Source of the DNA: Candidatus Daviesbacteria bacterium GW2011_GWA1_41_61
GTDB taxonomy: Bacteria; Patescibacteriota; Microgenomatia; Daviesbacterales; UBA10151
Assembly: GCA_000997385.1 (NCBI GenBank)
Contig: LCBT01000001.1
Coordinates: 49,707 to 113,706 of the forward strand
Direction: 5' to 3'
DNA length: 64,000 nucleotides
This document shows positions 45,618 through 56,739 of the stretch, piece after piece. The stretch's first letter is position 1. Each line of letters begins with the position of its first letter. Made by a program: the position numbers and the translations under genes. Under the pieces are notes generated by a model. It was not told where the DNA came from. It worked only from the letters and a program-made list of their open reading frames with translations, and ran no database searches.

Positions 45618-46532
45618 ATGAATACCTATCACATTCCAGTGATGCTTAAGGAGACTCTTCAATTCCTTCAGGTTAAACCTAAAGCTTGGTATATCGATGC
45701 TAATTTAGGAGGCGGAGGTCATACAGAAGGGATTATTAAAGCAAGAAGTAAGGTTTTAGGGATAGATTTAGACCCGGAAGCTATTAGGGAAGTGGCTAAA
45801 AACCATCACCTGGAGGTGAAACTCATTAATGACCACCTTCAGGCTATCTCTGCTGATTTAATCCTTTATCAGTCAAACTTTGCCCACATGGGAGAAGTTG
45901 TTAAAAAACTGCAGTTAGATAAAATCTTAGGAGTACTTTTTGATTTAGGAGTCTCTTCTCATCAGTTGGAGAAACCACAAAGAGGGTTTAGTTTTAACCT
46001 TGAAGCTCCTTTAGACATGAGGATGGACCCACAGCATATGACAGTTACCGCTGCTGATCTAATCAACGCTTTACATGAAAATGAGCTTACCCAACTTATT
46101 CAAAAATATGGGGAAGAAAGATATGCTAAAAGAATCGCCAAGAAAATTGTTGAAGAAAGAAAAAAACAAAGAATAGCCACTACCAACCATCTTGCTCAAA
46201 TCATTACCTCTGTTAGACCCAAATCCAAAGCTGACAGAACTCATCCGGCTACCAGAACTTTTCAAGCGCTGAGGATTGCCGTCAATGACGAGCTCCATAG
46301 TTTAAAGGAAGCTTTACCTCAAGTCTTAGAAGTACTCAGTCCAGGAGGAAGATTGGTAGTGATTAGCTTTCATTCCCTAGAAGATCGGATTGTTAAAAAC
46401 TTTTTTAAAGATGAGAACAAAAAGGGTTCGATCAAAATTATTACTCAAAAACCTTTAATTCCTTCTGAAGAAGAAGTTAAAACTAACCCCCGTTCCAGAA
46501 GCGGTAAACTCCGTGTAGCTGAGAAACTCTAA
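45618..46532 (+). CDS. rsmH: 16S rRNA m4C1402 methyltransferase
   Basis: HIPVM, DLGVSS, PLDMRM, HPATRTFQALRIAVN, SFHSLEDR, NPRSRS. Confidence 0.97.
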   Translation: MNTYHIPVMLKETLQFLQVKPKAWYIDANLGGGGHTEGIIKARSKVLGIDLDPEAIREVAKNHHLEVKLINDHLQAISADLILYQSNFAHMGEVVKKLQLDKILGVLFDLGVSSHQLEKPQRGFSFNLEAPLDMRMDPQHMTVTAADLINALHENELTQLIQKYGEERYAKRIAKKIVEERKKQRIATTNHLAQIITSVRPKSKADRTHPATRTFQALRIAVNDELHSLKEALPQVLEVLSPGGRLVVISFHSLEDRIVKNFFKDENKKGSIKIITQKPLIPSEEEVKTNPRSRSGKLRVAEKL

Positions 46533-46533
46533 C

Positions 46534-47643
46534 TTAACCAACTTCATTATAGTAAAAACTATTTATCTTTCCACAGATATAATCAACTTGTTGTATTGTC
46601 ATCTGGGGATGACAAGGCAAAGATAAAATTCTCTTAACAAATTTTTTAGCATTAGGTAGATTTTGACAATTGTAAAAACCCTTTAGAAATAGTTGCTGCG
46701 GAATAAGTAACGGATAGTGAACTGCAACAGGGATATCGCTTTTTTCTAAATAAAGTTTCAACTGATCCCTTTCTCGGGTCTGAATAACAAAAAGATGGAA
46801 ATTCCCTTTTGAATCGCCTGGTGGCTTAATTACCTTTATTTGGGGGAACTTCGACAAATTGTGCATATACCTTAATGCCAACTGCTCTCTTTTGTCATTA
46901 TTTTTATCTAAATTTTTAAGTTTTACTTTTAAAATTGCCGCCTGTATCTCGTCTAATCTGCTGTTAAGGCCATATCTTACATGTTTGTATTTACCTTTTT
47001 GTCCATAATCCCTTATCTGATAGCACAGAGAAGCAAGCTTATTTTTGTTAGTCACAATCGCTCCTCCATCACCCAACCCCCCTAAATTTTTAGTGGGATA
47101 GAAACTGAAGCATCCTAGATCCCCAAAAGTACCGAGTTTACGACTTCTATACTGCGACCCGTGAGCTTGGCAAGCATCTTCGATTAAATAAAGCTTATGT
47201 CTTTTACAAAGGGCCAGAATCTTACTAAGTTCTACAGAATTTCCGTAAAGATGTACGGGGAGAATTACTTTAGTGTGTTTTGTCAAAGCTTGACTAATCT
47301 TATTAGTATCTATTAAACCATCCTCTGTAGTGTCGACAAATACAGGTCTAGCTTTTACAGCAAGTATTGCTAAAGTAGTAGCAACTGCAGATATAGGTGT
47401 GGTTATTACTTCATCCCCTTCCCTAATACCCAAGGCCATCAGGGAAATTTGTAAAGCCTCCAGGCCGTTACCTACACCAATGCAGTGTTTTGCTCCTAGA
47501 TAGTTTGCAAATTCCTTCTCAAATGCTAAAACCTCACGGCCTAAAATATACCAGCCGGAAAACAAAACAGCCTCTACCGCGGCTATGAATTCTTCTTGAT
47601 ATTCCTTAACCTCTTCCTGAAAATTATTAAATTTTATCTTCAT
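46534..47643 (-). CDS. DegT/FdtB-type sugar aminotransferase
   Basis: PVHLYG, EDACQAHG, FSFYPTKNLG, NSRLDEIQAA. Confidence 0.93.
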   Translation of the reverse strand: MKIKFNNFQEEVKEYQEEFIAAVEAVLFSGWYILGREVLAFEKEFANYLGAKHCIGVGNGLEALQISLMALGIREGDEVITTPISAVATTLAILAVKARPVFVDTTEDGLIDTNKISQALTKHTKVILPVHLYGNSVELSKILALCKRHKLYLIEDACQAHGSQYRSRKLGTFGDLGCFSFYPTKNLGGLGDGGAIVTNKNKLASLCYQIRDYGQKGKYKHVRYGLNSRLDEIQAAILKVKLKNLDKNNDKREQLALRYMHNLSKFPQIKVIKPPGDSKGNFHLFVIQTRERDQLKLYLEKSDIPVAVHYPLLIPQQLFLKGFYNCQNLPNAKKFVKRILSLPCHPQMTIQQVDYICGKINSFYYNEVG

Positions 47644-48058
47644 TCTGATTCTTTTGTTTAACTAATTTTACGAATTCATTATAATCCCGAATATAATCCT
47701 CTGGTTTATAAACATCTGAGGCAAGAACTAATAAAATCGTGTTTTCTTGAAAATCATGCATTTCATGCCAAATCATTTTATTTAAAAAGATTCCCTCCTC
47801 TGGTTTATCCAAAATAACCTCTTCTCTTCTAATTCCATCATCAAGCACCATTTTAATGTGTCCTTGAATACAAAAAAGAACTTGATGTGTCTGATGATGG
47901 GCATGAAATCCGCGCCCAATTTGTCTTTTAGCCTGAGTAATATAATAAATTCTCTTAATAGAAAAGGGGATATGATCATAATTTTGGGCAAAATAAAGAT
48001 AACAATCATCAAAAATTTTGGGGATAGTAATTAATCTAACCAAGGAATCTCTAATCAT
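47627..48058 (-). CDS. FdtA/QdtA-type dTDP-sugar 3,4-ketoisomerase
   Basis: IPFSIKRIYY, RGFHAH, WHEM, LLVLAS..Y...DYIRDY. Confidence 0.9.
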   Translation of the reverse strand: MIRDSLVRLITIPKIFDDCYLYFAQNYDHIPFSIKRIYYITQAKRQIGRGFHAHHQTHQVLFCIQGHIKMVLDDGIRREEVILDKPEEGIFLNKMIWHEMHDFQENTILLVLASDVYKPEDYIRDYNEFVKLVKQKNQNEDKI

Positions 48059-49181
48059 TCAAATCTGTCACCTCTTTGTAAATATCTAACGTTTGTTTAG
48101 CCATTTTACTCCAATCAAACAACTTGTATCTTCTCTCTCCTTTTCTAATTAACTCTTTTCTTAACTTCTCATCAGTTAAAACTCTTTTAATTTTTAAAAC
48201 CATATCCTCTGTGTCTTGTGGATCAAAATAAAAGGCGGCCTCCCCTCCTACTTCCGGCAATGATCCGGCTTTTGAACAAACAACTGGACAACCACTGGCC
48301 ATCGCCTCCAAAAGTGGTATCCCAAACCCCTCTTCCAGAGAAGGAAAAACATAAGCCCTAGCATTTTTATAAAGTACCACCAGCTCTCTATCAGATACCG
48401 GACCAGTAAAAATAACTTCTTTAATTTTAGTTGATTGTTTTAAAAATTTATAAAAATGACTCTCAGGTCCTGATAAAACCAAATTAAGACCAGACCAATC
48501 GTTCTTTAATATAGTGAATGCTTTGATGAGTTGATGAATGTTTTTATGAGGATAAGCATTACCGACATAAAAAAGATAGGGCTTTTTAAAACCAAATTTT
48601 GCAGATAATTTTAGAAAATCTTTTTCACTTAATTCATCTAATAACTTAAGGAAACCTCCTTCAACTCCTTCATAAGTTACCATAATCTTATCTCTTTTTA
48701 CTCTCCACTCGTTTATTAATTGTTCTTTTACAAAGTTGGAGGGAGTGATAATTTTGTCAGATTTACTAAGGGCTTTCAGAAAAATTTTCTCAAAACCAAT
48801 TTTCTTTATTTGATATGTTAAATAATTATGTATCGTGGCCTCTTTAAGTTGAAAATGTTGGTGAATAAGGTCATGAATTGTTACTATATATTGACCGGAA
48901 TAAAAAATAGGGACGTTAAAATGAGGAAAATGAACCACATCTAATTGATATTTTTTAAGTAACGGAGGAAATTTTAATTGTTCAGCAAATCCATACCAAG
49001 GAAAATCTGCCAAGACCGGATGAAAATTACCAGCTAATTTTAAACTATCAAAATCCTCTTTTTGTAAAAAGATGTAATATTGATTTTCCTGATCAATTAG
49101 TTGTAAGTTAGCTATTAAATTACGGATGTATCTGCCAATCCCTGATTGGCGATACATCCTAGCATCTATCCCAATCTTCAT
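48051..49181 (-). CDS. Glycosyltransferase family 4
   Basis: IGIDAR, TIHDL, HKN, EGFGIPLLEAM. Confidence 0.92.
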   Translation of the reverse strand: MKIGIDARMYRQSGIGRYIRNLIANLQLIDQENQYYIFLQKEDFDSLKLAGNFHPVLADFPWYGFAEQLKFPPLLKKYQLDVVHFPHFNVPIFYSGQYIVTIHDLIHQHFQLKEATIHNYLTYQIKKIGFEKIFLKALSKSDKIITPSNFVKEQLINEWRVKRDKIMVTYEGVEGGFLKLLDELSEKDFLKLSAKFGFKKPYLFYVGNAYPHKNIHQLIKAFTILKNDWSGLNLVLSGPESHFYKFLKQSTKIKEVIFTGPVSDRELVVLYKNARAYVFPSLEEGFGIPLLEAMASGCPVVCSKAGSLPEVGGEAAFYFDPQDTEDMVLKIKRVLTDEKLRKELIRKGERRYKLFDWSKMAKQTLDIYKEVTDLND

Positions 49182-50275
49182 AAGCTATTTCTAAAAATAT
49201 TATGTAATTTTTGAGCAGATTTATCCCAACTGAATCTTTTTAAGTTTTCTCTTCCCCTATCAATAAGCTTTTGCTGTACTTTTTTATCCTTTAAAATTTT
49301 CAAAATCACCGCAGCCATATCTTGGTCATCTTGAGGGTTAAAATATAAAGCTCCTTCCCCGCCTACTTCAGGAAGTGTGGAAGCTTGGCTTACAGCCACC
49401 GGAACATCCATATATTGAGCTTCTAAAATTGGCAAACCAAAACCCTCATAGAGGGAAGGAAAAACAAAAACATCTGCCAGTCCAAAATAATTAGCAAGCT
49501 CTACCTCAGGAATAAATCCACTAACAATTATATCTTTTTTAAATGGATGTTGTTCAATTAACTCTAAAATCTCACTACTTGGCATACCGCCAAGTAATAA
49601 ACGGGCTTCTGTTTTAGTGCGAATTTTTTGAAATGCCGAAAGTAAAACGGGGATGTTTTTATGGGGACGCCATCCCCCAACATAAAATATTACTGGACAA
49701 TGAATGCCCAATTTCTGTTTTAATCTTAACATCTGTTTTCTGTCCTGTTTAAACCTGGAAAAATCTACTCCCAGGGGAATAACTTCAATTTTTTTAGGAT
49801 GAGCTCCTAATCTTTTAACAAACTCATCTTTTCCTATTTGAGTATCTGCCAGTATCTTGTAAGCGCATTTTCCCCCCATCCACAACACCAAAAAGTACCC
49901 CCATTTAAAGACAGGACCTTTTAATAAATTTCCTGGAAATTGTAAATAGGCCAAATCATGGACTGTGGTTATAAATTTCCCTGGATAAAAAATTGGGTGA
50001 TTAAAATTGGGAAAATACATTAAATCTAATTTATGAATCAGAAGTTTTAGGGGAAAAATAAATTGTTCCGACAAACTAAAATGTTTGATATCAACAACCT
50101 CTACCTGAAAATTACTGACATTAAGGTCCCACTCTTCTAAGCCATTCTTTCTTAGAAATACGATATATTTATTTTCTTTATCATATTTTGCCAGCGCTTT
50201 AACTATCCCCTTAGTGTGTTGGGAAAGACCGGCATTGCTACTGTGCCAAAATCTGCCATCAATACCAATCCGCAT
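49178..50275 (-). CDS. Glycosyltransferase family 4
   Basis: IGIDGR, TVHDL, PHKN, EGFGLPILEA. Confidence 0.92.
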   Translation of the reverse strand: MRIGIDGRFWHSSNAGLSQHTKGIVKALAKYDKENKYIVFLRKNGLEEWDLNVSNFQVEVVDIKHFSLSEQFIFPLKLLIHKLDLMYFPNFNHPIFYPGKFITTVHDLAYLQFPGNLLKGPVFKWGYFLVLWMGGKCAYKILADTQIGKDEFVKRLGAHPKKIEVIPLGVDFSRFKQDRKQMLRLKQKLGIHCPVIFYVGGWRPHKNIPVLLSAFQKIRTKTEARLLLGGMPSSEILELIEQHPFKKDIIVSGFIPEVELANYFGLADVFVFPSLYEGFGLPILEAQYMDVPVAVSQASTLPEVGGEGALYFNPQDDQDMAAVILKILKDKKVQQKLIDRGRENLKRFSWDKSAQKLHNIFRNSL

Positions 50276-50279
50276 ATCT

Positions 50280-51185
50280 TTATACTTTAAGCTTCCTTTT
50301 AGCTAAGGCCCATCTTAAGTTGATACCAAGGTAGACCAACCAATTTATAAAAAATGGGTAGTCGGCAGCTAAATTTTTTTGATAAAAAATTTTCATTGTT
50401 TCATAAAAAAAGTTGACAGAGCGCAGCCTTGATACAAGATCGGTAGTAGTAAGCTGCTGACTATGTTTCTTGATACCTGAACTAATTCCTTTATAGTGAA
50501 TAATTTTTACTTGTGGCAAGTACACAATTTTATACCCGGCTTTTTTTATTCTAAAGCACAGATCAATATCCTCGGCGTACATATAATAATCTTCATCAAA
50601 CAGTCCTACCTTATCCAGTACCGACTTTCTGGTTAAAATAAACGCCCCAGTTAAACTATCCACTTCATGAGGTTTAGAAAAATCCCGATTACTCAGATGA
50701 TAAAGGCTATCATTTTTAAAAAAATAGTAGAGCAAAGAAGCTAGTGGTGTGGGAAAACCGCGATGGGAAGCCCAATCTAAGGAACCATCAGCCAGTTCTA
50801 CCCGAGGACTAACAGTTCCCACTTGAGGATGCTCTTCCAGATAATCCAACAAAGTCTTAAGTGTTGTGGGAAGTATTTTAGTATCAGGATTGAGAATTAA
50901 GACATATTCACTTTTTACCTTCCGAAGAGCCAAATTGTTACCCTTAGTAAATCCTAAATTATCACCGCTTTGAATATAATTAAATTTAGGAAAAAATCTC
51001 TGGGCTTTTTTCAAACTCTCATCTGATGAATTATTGTCTACCACCCAAATATCTAAATTTGCCTCCTCTTCAACTTCATGCAGAGAATTAAGACATTCAC
51101 TAAGATAATTTCCAGTATTGTAGTTTAAAATCACAACTGACAGGTTTTTTTTAACTGCCATTTTTAACCTCCGTGTAAATACCAT
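50280..51185 (-). CDS. Glycosyltransferase family 2 (rhamnosyltransferase-like; start probably 51161)
   Basis: VVILNYN, VDNNSSD, NLGF..GNN, LNPD, YAEDID. Confidence 0.9.
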   Translation of the reverse strand: MVFTRRLKMAVKKNLSVVILNYNTGNYLSECLNSLHEVEEEANLDIWVVDNNSSDESLKKAQRFFPKFNYIQSGDNLGFTKGNNLALRKVKSEYVLILNPDTKILPTTLKTLLDYLEEHPQVGTVSPRVELADGSLDWASHRGFPTPLASLLYYFFKNDSLYHLSNRDFSKPHEVDSLTGAFILTRKSVLDKVGLFDEDYYMYAEDIDLCFRIKKAGYKIVYLPQVKIIHYKGISSGIKKHSQQLTTTDLVSRLRSVNFFYETMKIFYQKNLAADYPFFINWLVYLGINLRWALAKRKLKV

Positions 51186-52344
51186 CTAATTTGTGGGCAA
51201 TTGCTTGATAGGAGTATTTTTCTTCGACCAACTTGCGGGCATTAAGGGCCAGTTTTTTATAAAGATCCTTATTTTGAAGCAACCTAATTGCCAAAGTGGA
51301 TAATTCTTCGGGAGTCCTGCCAACTAAGACTGACTGCCCATCTAGGGCATCAATACCTTCAATACCAATATTGGTAGTCACTACCGGAAGCTTGGCTCCC
51401 ATCGCTCCTAAAATTTTCAACCTGCTGCCTCCCGGACCATATAAGGGGGCTACCAAAATACCGCTTTCCTGATAAGCCTTCTTTACTCCCTTGATATCTT
51501 CAATCTTTAAATCTACAAGTCGGACATTTTCCGCTTTTAAGTTAGCGATCTTTTCGATATGTTGTCCGGCAATTAAAAGTTTCGCTTGAGGAATTTCTTT
51601 TAAAATTGCCGGGAAAAGTTGGGTCACTAAAATTTTAGCTGCCTCAATATTTTGCATCCAATCATAATTGGCCATAAAAAGAATATTTTGGGAAAAGTGC
51701 AGCGGCACCTCTTCCATCAAATCTTCACCAACTCCGTTAGGAACTACCGAAACATTCATTGTAGGACTGGAGACTCTCATTTTTTTAGCATCTGATTCAG
51801 AGACAGCCACTGCCCTAGCAGCTTTGCGCCAGTAATAAGTTTCCCAATATTTTATTTTTAAAACGTCCAGCCAAAGTAAAGGCTTTAAAAACCACCATTT
51901 AAAGGTTTCAACGTAATGCTGGTAAACCTGGTATTCAATAGTTTGATCAACCAACACTACGGGTACGGCAGTATTAGGGATATGGGGAGATACATAGAAG
52001 GTCTCCGCATGAATAATATCAAACTCTTCTTTTTTTAAAATGTCTGCTACACTTCTCTTTTCTTCAGAAGAAAAATTCCTGATGACTAAAAAGGGATTTA
52101 AACTAAAACATGTTTTTAAAATATTCTGTAAAGTCCAAGGTCTCTCTGGCCTTTTAAAAACCCTGACATTTTGACAATATCTTTCCAGTTCTCCAACATA
52201 CTCTGTCTCTTTTTCATACTTTATTAAGGAATAAAGAGTAATTTGATGTTTTTTAGAAAGTTGTTTGATCAAATTATAAGAACGTATTTGCCCTCCTGAA
52301 GAAGGAGGATAAGGTAGATATGGCGTAAGCATTAATATCTTCAT
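51151..52344 (-). CDS. Glycosyltransferase family 4
   Basis: PYPPSSGG, VPNGV, GSRLKILGAM. Confidence 0.88.
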   Translation of the reverse strand: MKILMLTPYLPYPPSSGGQIRSYNLIKQLSKKHQITLYSLIKYEKETEYVGELERYCQNVRVFKRPERPWTLQNILKTCFSLNPFLVIRNFSSEEKRSVADILKKEEFDIIHAETFYVSPHIPNTAVPVVLVDQTIEYQVYQHYVETFKWWFLKPLLWLDVLKIKYWETYYWRKAARAVAVSESDAKKMRVSSPTMNVSVVPNGVGEDLMEEVPLHFSQNILFMANYDWMQNIEAAKILVTQLFPAILKEIPQAKLLIAGQHIEKIANLKAENVRLVDLKIEDIKGVKKAYQESGILVAPLYGPGGSRLKILGAMGAKLPVVTTNIGIEGIDALDGQSVLVGRTPEELSTLAIRLLQNKDLYKKLALNARKLVEEKYSYQAIAHKLDGIYTEVKNGS

Positions 52345-52347
52345 CGC

Positions 52348-53862
52348 TTATTTTAAATCTTTGGGTGCAGTATATTCAGGTTTTGGCCGGGTTAAGTCCA
52401 AAATTATAAATTGGGGTGTTTGGGATATAATCTCATACTGTCCCATCAGAGATTTGGTATCGGCATCTAAACTTACGGAAACATAATGAGTCACTCCATA
52501 CATCTTCTTTAAGTTATCCACAGAGGAGACCATCACCGGAAATCCCGGCCGGTTAACTTGATACAAAAAAGCGGTATCCCCGCCATAAGGAGCTACCACT
52601 ACCGCCTCTTTAGGTAAAATTTTATCAGCAAACCGGCCGGCTTCAACAATAGCCCAGTTATTAACTTGAAATAGACCTTTCACTTCCAGCCATCCTAGAT
52701 ATATTGTCAGAAATAATAATAACATGGCCAAAGGAATAGTCACTAAACGTGGCAGAAAATTTCCCACACCCCGCAGCAGCAAGACAACCCCCCGGGCAGT
52801 AAAAATTGATAAAGCGGGAATAATAAAAGTCTGATAGTAATCATGCATGACATTACCAGTGGCAAAAACCACTAAAAATAACAATGAAGAAGCTAAAAAG
52901 AGATGTAAAATGTAACCTTCCCGGATATTTGGTTTAATTAATGACCCCAAGGCAAAAAGGACTGATCCCGCCACTGTCAGAATTTCCCGGCCGAATCTAT
53001 CTCCGACAATCCATTTCCAAAAAGCCGGCCTAAACCTAATGCCGTTACCATTGAACAGCCAGTTGGAAGCCGGAATGCCATCCGGGTATTGGTTAATCCA
53101 TATCCTCCAAGCCACAATAGGCCAAAAAGATAAAATAATCCACAAGAAGTATCTTTTAGGGATCGGCCAAATCTGGCCTTCCTTTTGCCAGTAAGAAAGA
53201 ATCAGCGGCAAAAGGTAAAAAGCAGCCATCGGTTTAGTTAGAAAAGCTACAGCTGTAAAAAATACGCTGCCCAAAAAGAGCTTACGGCTATTTTCGAAGA
53301 TCCAGCGCTCAGTAAAATAAAACATTCCTAAGGAGAAAAAAACCAATGATGGTTCAGGTAAAATAACCCGGGAAAAATAAATATTAAAAGGCAATACGGC
53401 AAAAATAAAGGCTGATAGGAGGGCTGTAAAATAATCCCAATGCCTTTTGGTAATCAAGTAGATAAAAACCAATGAACCCAAAGACATAAAAATGGAGACT
53501 AACCGGGCCAAACGTTCATCAACCCCTCCGTTTAACAGATAAAGGAAATAAACTAAGCTGTTATAGATCGGAAGTTCCACAAAGCGCAGACGTCTTAAAT
53601 TCGGGTTGTCTTTACCCATCGGTGACATATCATCACCCCGGGGCATTAGAGGAGTAAAACCTTCCTTGTAAAAATTCCTGGCTACAGCTGCTGTGTCAGC
53701 TTGTCTCCAGGAATGCCAGTCAGCCACCGGATTATCAATTTTATAAAATCTGACCCCAAAAGCGACGAAAATAATAAGGACCAACCAAAACAAATGGCTT
53801 TTTAATAACTTAATTAAATATAAACTGAGTACCTTAAGCATTACCGGACTTCTCATGATCAT
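52348..53862 (-). CDS. GT-C (PMT/GT39-like) membrane glycosyltransferase
   Basis: WHSWRQADT, many TMs, HDYYQ. Confidence 0.85.
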   Translation of the reverse strand: MIMRSPVMLKVLSLYLIKLLKSHLFWLVLIIFVAFGVRFYKIDNPVADWHSWRQADTAAVARNFYKEGFTPLMPRGDDMSPMGKDNPNLRRLRFVELPIYNSLVYFLYLLNGGVDERLARLVSIFMSLGSLVFIYLITKRHWDYFTALLSAFIFAVLPFNIYFSRVILPEPSLVFFSLGMFYFTERWIFENSRKLFLGSVFFTAVAFLTKPMAAFYLLPLILSYWQKEGQIWPIPKRYFLWIILSFWPIVAWRIWINQYPDGIPASNWLFNGNGIRFRPAFWKWIVGDRFGREILTVAGSVLFALGSLIKPNIREGYILHLFLASSLLFLVVFATGNVMHDYYQTFIIPALSIFTARGVVLLLRGVGNFLPRLVTIPLAMLLLFLTIYLGWLEVKGLFQVNNWAIVEAGRFADKILPKEAVVVAPYGGDTAFLYQVNRPGFPVMVSSVDNLKKMYGVTHYVSVSLDADTKSLMGQYEIISQTPQFIILDLTRPKPEYTAPKDLK

Positions 53863-55264
53863 ATACCCTCATCATCCCCCAACCAAGACCTAAAATCAGC
53901 CAAAAAATTTCCGCCACCTTAGAAGCCTCTAAAACGTCAATAAAAGTTGCTGTTACCAAAAAAACGATTATAGAACAGAGTAGTCCCACAATAAAAAATC
54001 TGGGGAAACCAGAAGACCCTTTGAGGAACCTTAACATCTTTTTTATGATGATAAAAAAGATTAAGCCTAGGGATAAGGTGCCCAAGAGCCCAGTTTCTCC
54101 TAGAGATCTTAAGTAACCGTTATCGGTAGCGATGGTTAAGGATGAATACCCCGTACCAAGTAATGGATTTTTATAAAATGCATTTAAGGCTCTGGGCCAC
54201 TCAACATTAAACCTGATGCCGAAGGACCTATAGACTCCCAGCTCAGTAGTATTAATCGGTTCTCCCGGAACAGTGTCAACAGCAATAGCTCCCGTTTCAG
54301 CAGCGGAAGAAGTAGAGACCGGAGAATTTATGCCGTCTGCCTGTTTTTGTTTAGGGGTAAATTTAGTCACTGTTCCCGGAGGCGGGGTATATTTTGGACC
54401 TCCACCCCCCATTAAATTAACCGTCACCGTCGCTACCATCCGGTGTCTTAAATCCGGCACTGCTGCCAAAATAGCCAAGGTTGCTATTACTAAACCTACC
54501 AAAAGCAACCTTTTTTTATTTAACCAAAAAACCAAGGCTATTCCCAAAAGTGTCGCCACAAAGGAAACTCTGGCAGCAGTGAAGCCTAAAAGGATAAAGC
54601 TGGAAATTGCAGTCACCATCACCGGTACCCTGACAATAATCTTTTTATAATAAAAAAATAGGCTGGCGGCGATGACTAGAACCAAGGAAAGGTAAACCGC
54701 TAAATCATAGTGACCGGCAAAGGTAGAATTAACCCTGGCTCCATTAGTTAAAGCCAAGACCAACCCTTTGGAAAACTCCTTATTAGTAGTAGAAATTACC
54801 GGAAATTCCAACCAAATCTGCCCAAATCCATAAACTATCACTGCCAAAGCAGTTACAAATAATACCCCCACCGACCACTTTGCTTGTTTGATAGAAGATA
54901 CCGAGGTGGCAGCAATGATAAACAAAGACATGTATTCAACACGCCTAAACCAATGCAAAAAACCGAGATGAGGAGTTACAAAATAAGTTACCAGTATGGC
55001 TGAAAGTAATGACAAGCCTCCAATTAACCAAAACAAGACAAAAGCTTGATAAACAGTCTCTGATACATAACCTTTTAGCTTAAAGAGGTGGCCAATCAAC
55101 CATAGAAAAATAGCAGCGGCAATTAAAAAATCCTCAGCTCTGACAGCCACATAAGTACCAGGAATATTAAACAGGGGAAATTTAGGATAAAGCGGTATAA
55201 ATACCAAAAGTAATAGTATCACCCCAAAAAAATATTTCTTAAATACTAAAGATAATCTTGGCAT
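53834..55264 (-). CDS. O-antigen ligase/polymerase (Wzy_C-like)
   Basis: Multi-TM; RVNSTF, R...W..A...F..NPLLGTG, DNGYLRSLGETGLLG. Confidence 0.85.
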   Translation of the reverse strand: MPRLSLVFKKYFFGVILLLLVFIPLYPKFPLFNIPGTYVAVRAEDFLIAAAIFLWLIGHLFKLKGYVSETVYQAFVLFWLIGGLSLLSAILVTYFVTPHLGFLHWFRRVEYMSLFIIAATSVSSIKQAKWSVGVLFVTALAVIVYGFGQIWLEFPVISTTNKEFSKGLVLALTNGARVNSTFAGHYDLAVYLSLVLVIAASLFFYYKKIIVRVPVMVTAISSFILLGFTAARVSFVATLLGIALVFWLNKKRLLLVGLVIATLAILAAVPDLRHRMVATVTVNLMGGGGPKYTPPPGTVTKFTPKQKQADGINSPVSTSSAAETGAIAVDTVPGEPINTTELGVYRSFGIRFNVEWPRALNAFYKNPLLGTGYSSLTIATDNGYLRSLGETGLLGTLSLGLIFFIIIKKMLRFLKGSSGFPRFFIVGLLCSIIVFLVTATFIDVLEASKVAEIFWLILGLGWGMMRVYDHEKSGNA

Positions 55265-56129
55265 AAGTTTTAGAAACTGCTGTTTTTCCTAAAGCTAAAA
55301 AGGCTACTATTCTCAAAGTAACAAACAAATAGATCAAAATTCGCAGTCCTAAACTTGCTAGAAAACCATAATACTTTTTGTAAATATATAAAAGTCCCCT
55401 AAACTCTCCCCTCCATTGACTGTATTTGGGTTGAGAAGAACTTTTACCCCCTAAATGAATTATTTGAGCATCTTTAGTCCAACCGACTTTAAAACCATGC
55501 TTTTGGGCCCTTAAACAATACTCCACATCCTCACCATACATAAAGATATTCTCATCCAGATAGCCGATTGTTTGCCAAACTTTGGATCTAATTATCATCA
55601 CTGATCCGGAGACCCAACCAACTTCTCTATCTTTATTATAATAATTTAAATCTCTGGCCTGATAGGAAAAATTTGAGACTATATCTCCCAAAAGGTCATC
55701 TGCCCCGCTAAGCCAGGCAAATATCGGTAAAAATGCCGGCAGTTGCCCAGCATTAGGTTGAAAATTTCCCTCTCCATCCATCAATTTGCAAGAAGCAATA
55801 TCATAGTCAGTTTTGTCCATAAAATCTATTAGCTTATCCAAGGAACCATCTAAAATTTTGGTATCGGAGTTTAACAGCAAGGCATATTTTGACTTAACTT
55901 CTTTTAGCCCTAAATTATTCCCTCCGGTAAAACCCAAATTTTGGCCGCTTTCTACAAAATTTACCTGTGGGAAGTTCTTTTTAACTAATGCGGCTGAGCC
56001 ATCAGAAGAACCGTTATCAACGATCATCACCTCAATACGATGCTGCCATTTTTTGTCAAAGATGCTTTGCAAACAGCTGTTCAATAAATCTTTAGTATTA
56101 AAATTGAGGATCAGAACTGTTAAATCCAT
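55239..56129 (-). CDS. Glycosyltransferase family 2
   Basis: VDNGSSDGS, NLGF, LNSDT, FMYGEDVE. Confidence 0.9.
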   Translation of the reverse strand: MDLTVLILNFNTKDLLNSCLQSIFDKKWQHRIEVMIVDNGSSDGSAALVKKNFPQVNFVESGQNLGFTGGNNLGLKEVKSKYALLLNSDTKILDGSLDKLIDFMDKTDYDIASCKLMDGEGNFQPNAGQLPAFLPIFAWLSGADDLLGDIVSNFSYQARDLNYYNKDREVGWVSGSVMIIRSKVWQTIGYLDENIFMYGEDVEYCLRAQKHGFKVGWTKDAQIIHLGGKSSSQPKYSQWRGEFRGLLYIYKKYYGFLASLGLRILIYLFVTLRIVAFLALGKTAVSKTYAKIIFSI

Positions 56130-56133
56130 CTTT

Positions 56134-56739
56134 TTAATCTTTTAAGGCTTTAAGAAAAAGTTTATATATTAAAACCGCTGCCAGCCAGATACCCGTATAA
56201 ACCAGAACTCTTCCCAGGATATTAGTAGGATAGAACCTAACAGTCGCTTTGGAATTAAAAAACAGCTCTTCTCCCACCCCGTTGTTTCTAACAATAATAT
56301 GATTACCTGTAAAATCACTCCCGCGGTTATAAATTCTATTTTCTACTTCCGGCTCATAACCGTTGACAAAAAACGATTCTCTTAAAGGATAAACATATTC
56401 TTCCAAAAAAGTACTCTCTTGCTGATCCCGAATGTATTGATAGGCATATTCCGGAGGATGATTTAAAGTCAGCGGCGGTAAAATTCTCCCAAAAATATGG
56501 AGGCTGGCAAATTTTTGTTTGTAATAATCAGTAATATAGTCTCTTCTAAAATCCGAAAAATAGGCTGCAATATTAGGGTTCTGGATAGTGTCCCCTTCTA
56601 AGGTTGACTTCAGCGAGGGGGTGAGTGGAGGAAAATCCTCTATTTTAGTGGGGCCGGGCAAGATAAGGTAAACCAGGCCCAAGATAAAAATTAAACTTAA
56701 AATCTTTCTTTTCATTTCCGCAGGAAAGAACTTGTTCAT
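56134..56739 (-). CDS. Hypothetical membrane protein
   Basis: 201-aa ORF with N- and C-terminal TMs, in operon. Confidence 0.75.
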   Translation of the reverse strand: MNKFFPAEMKRKILSLIFILGLVYLILPGPTKIEDFPPLTPSLKSTLEGDTIQNPNIAAYFSDFRRDYITDYYKQKFASLHIFGRILPPLTLNHPPEYAYQYIRDQQESTFLEEYVYPLRESFFVNGYEPEVENRIYNRGSDFTGNHIIVRNNGVGEELFFNSKATVRFYPTNILGRVLVYTGIWLAAVLIYKLFLKALKD

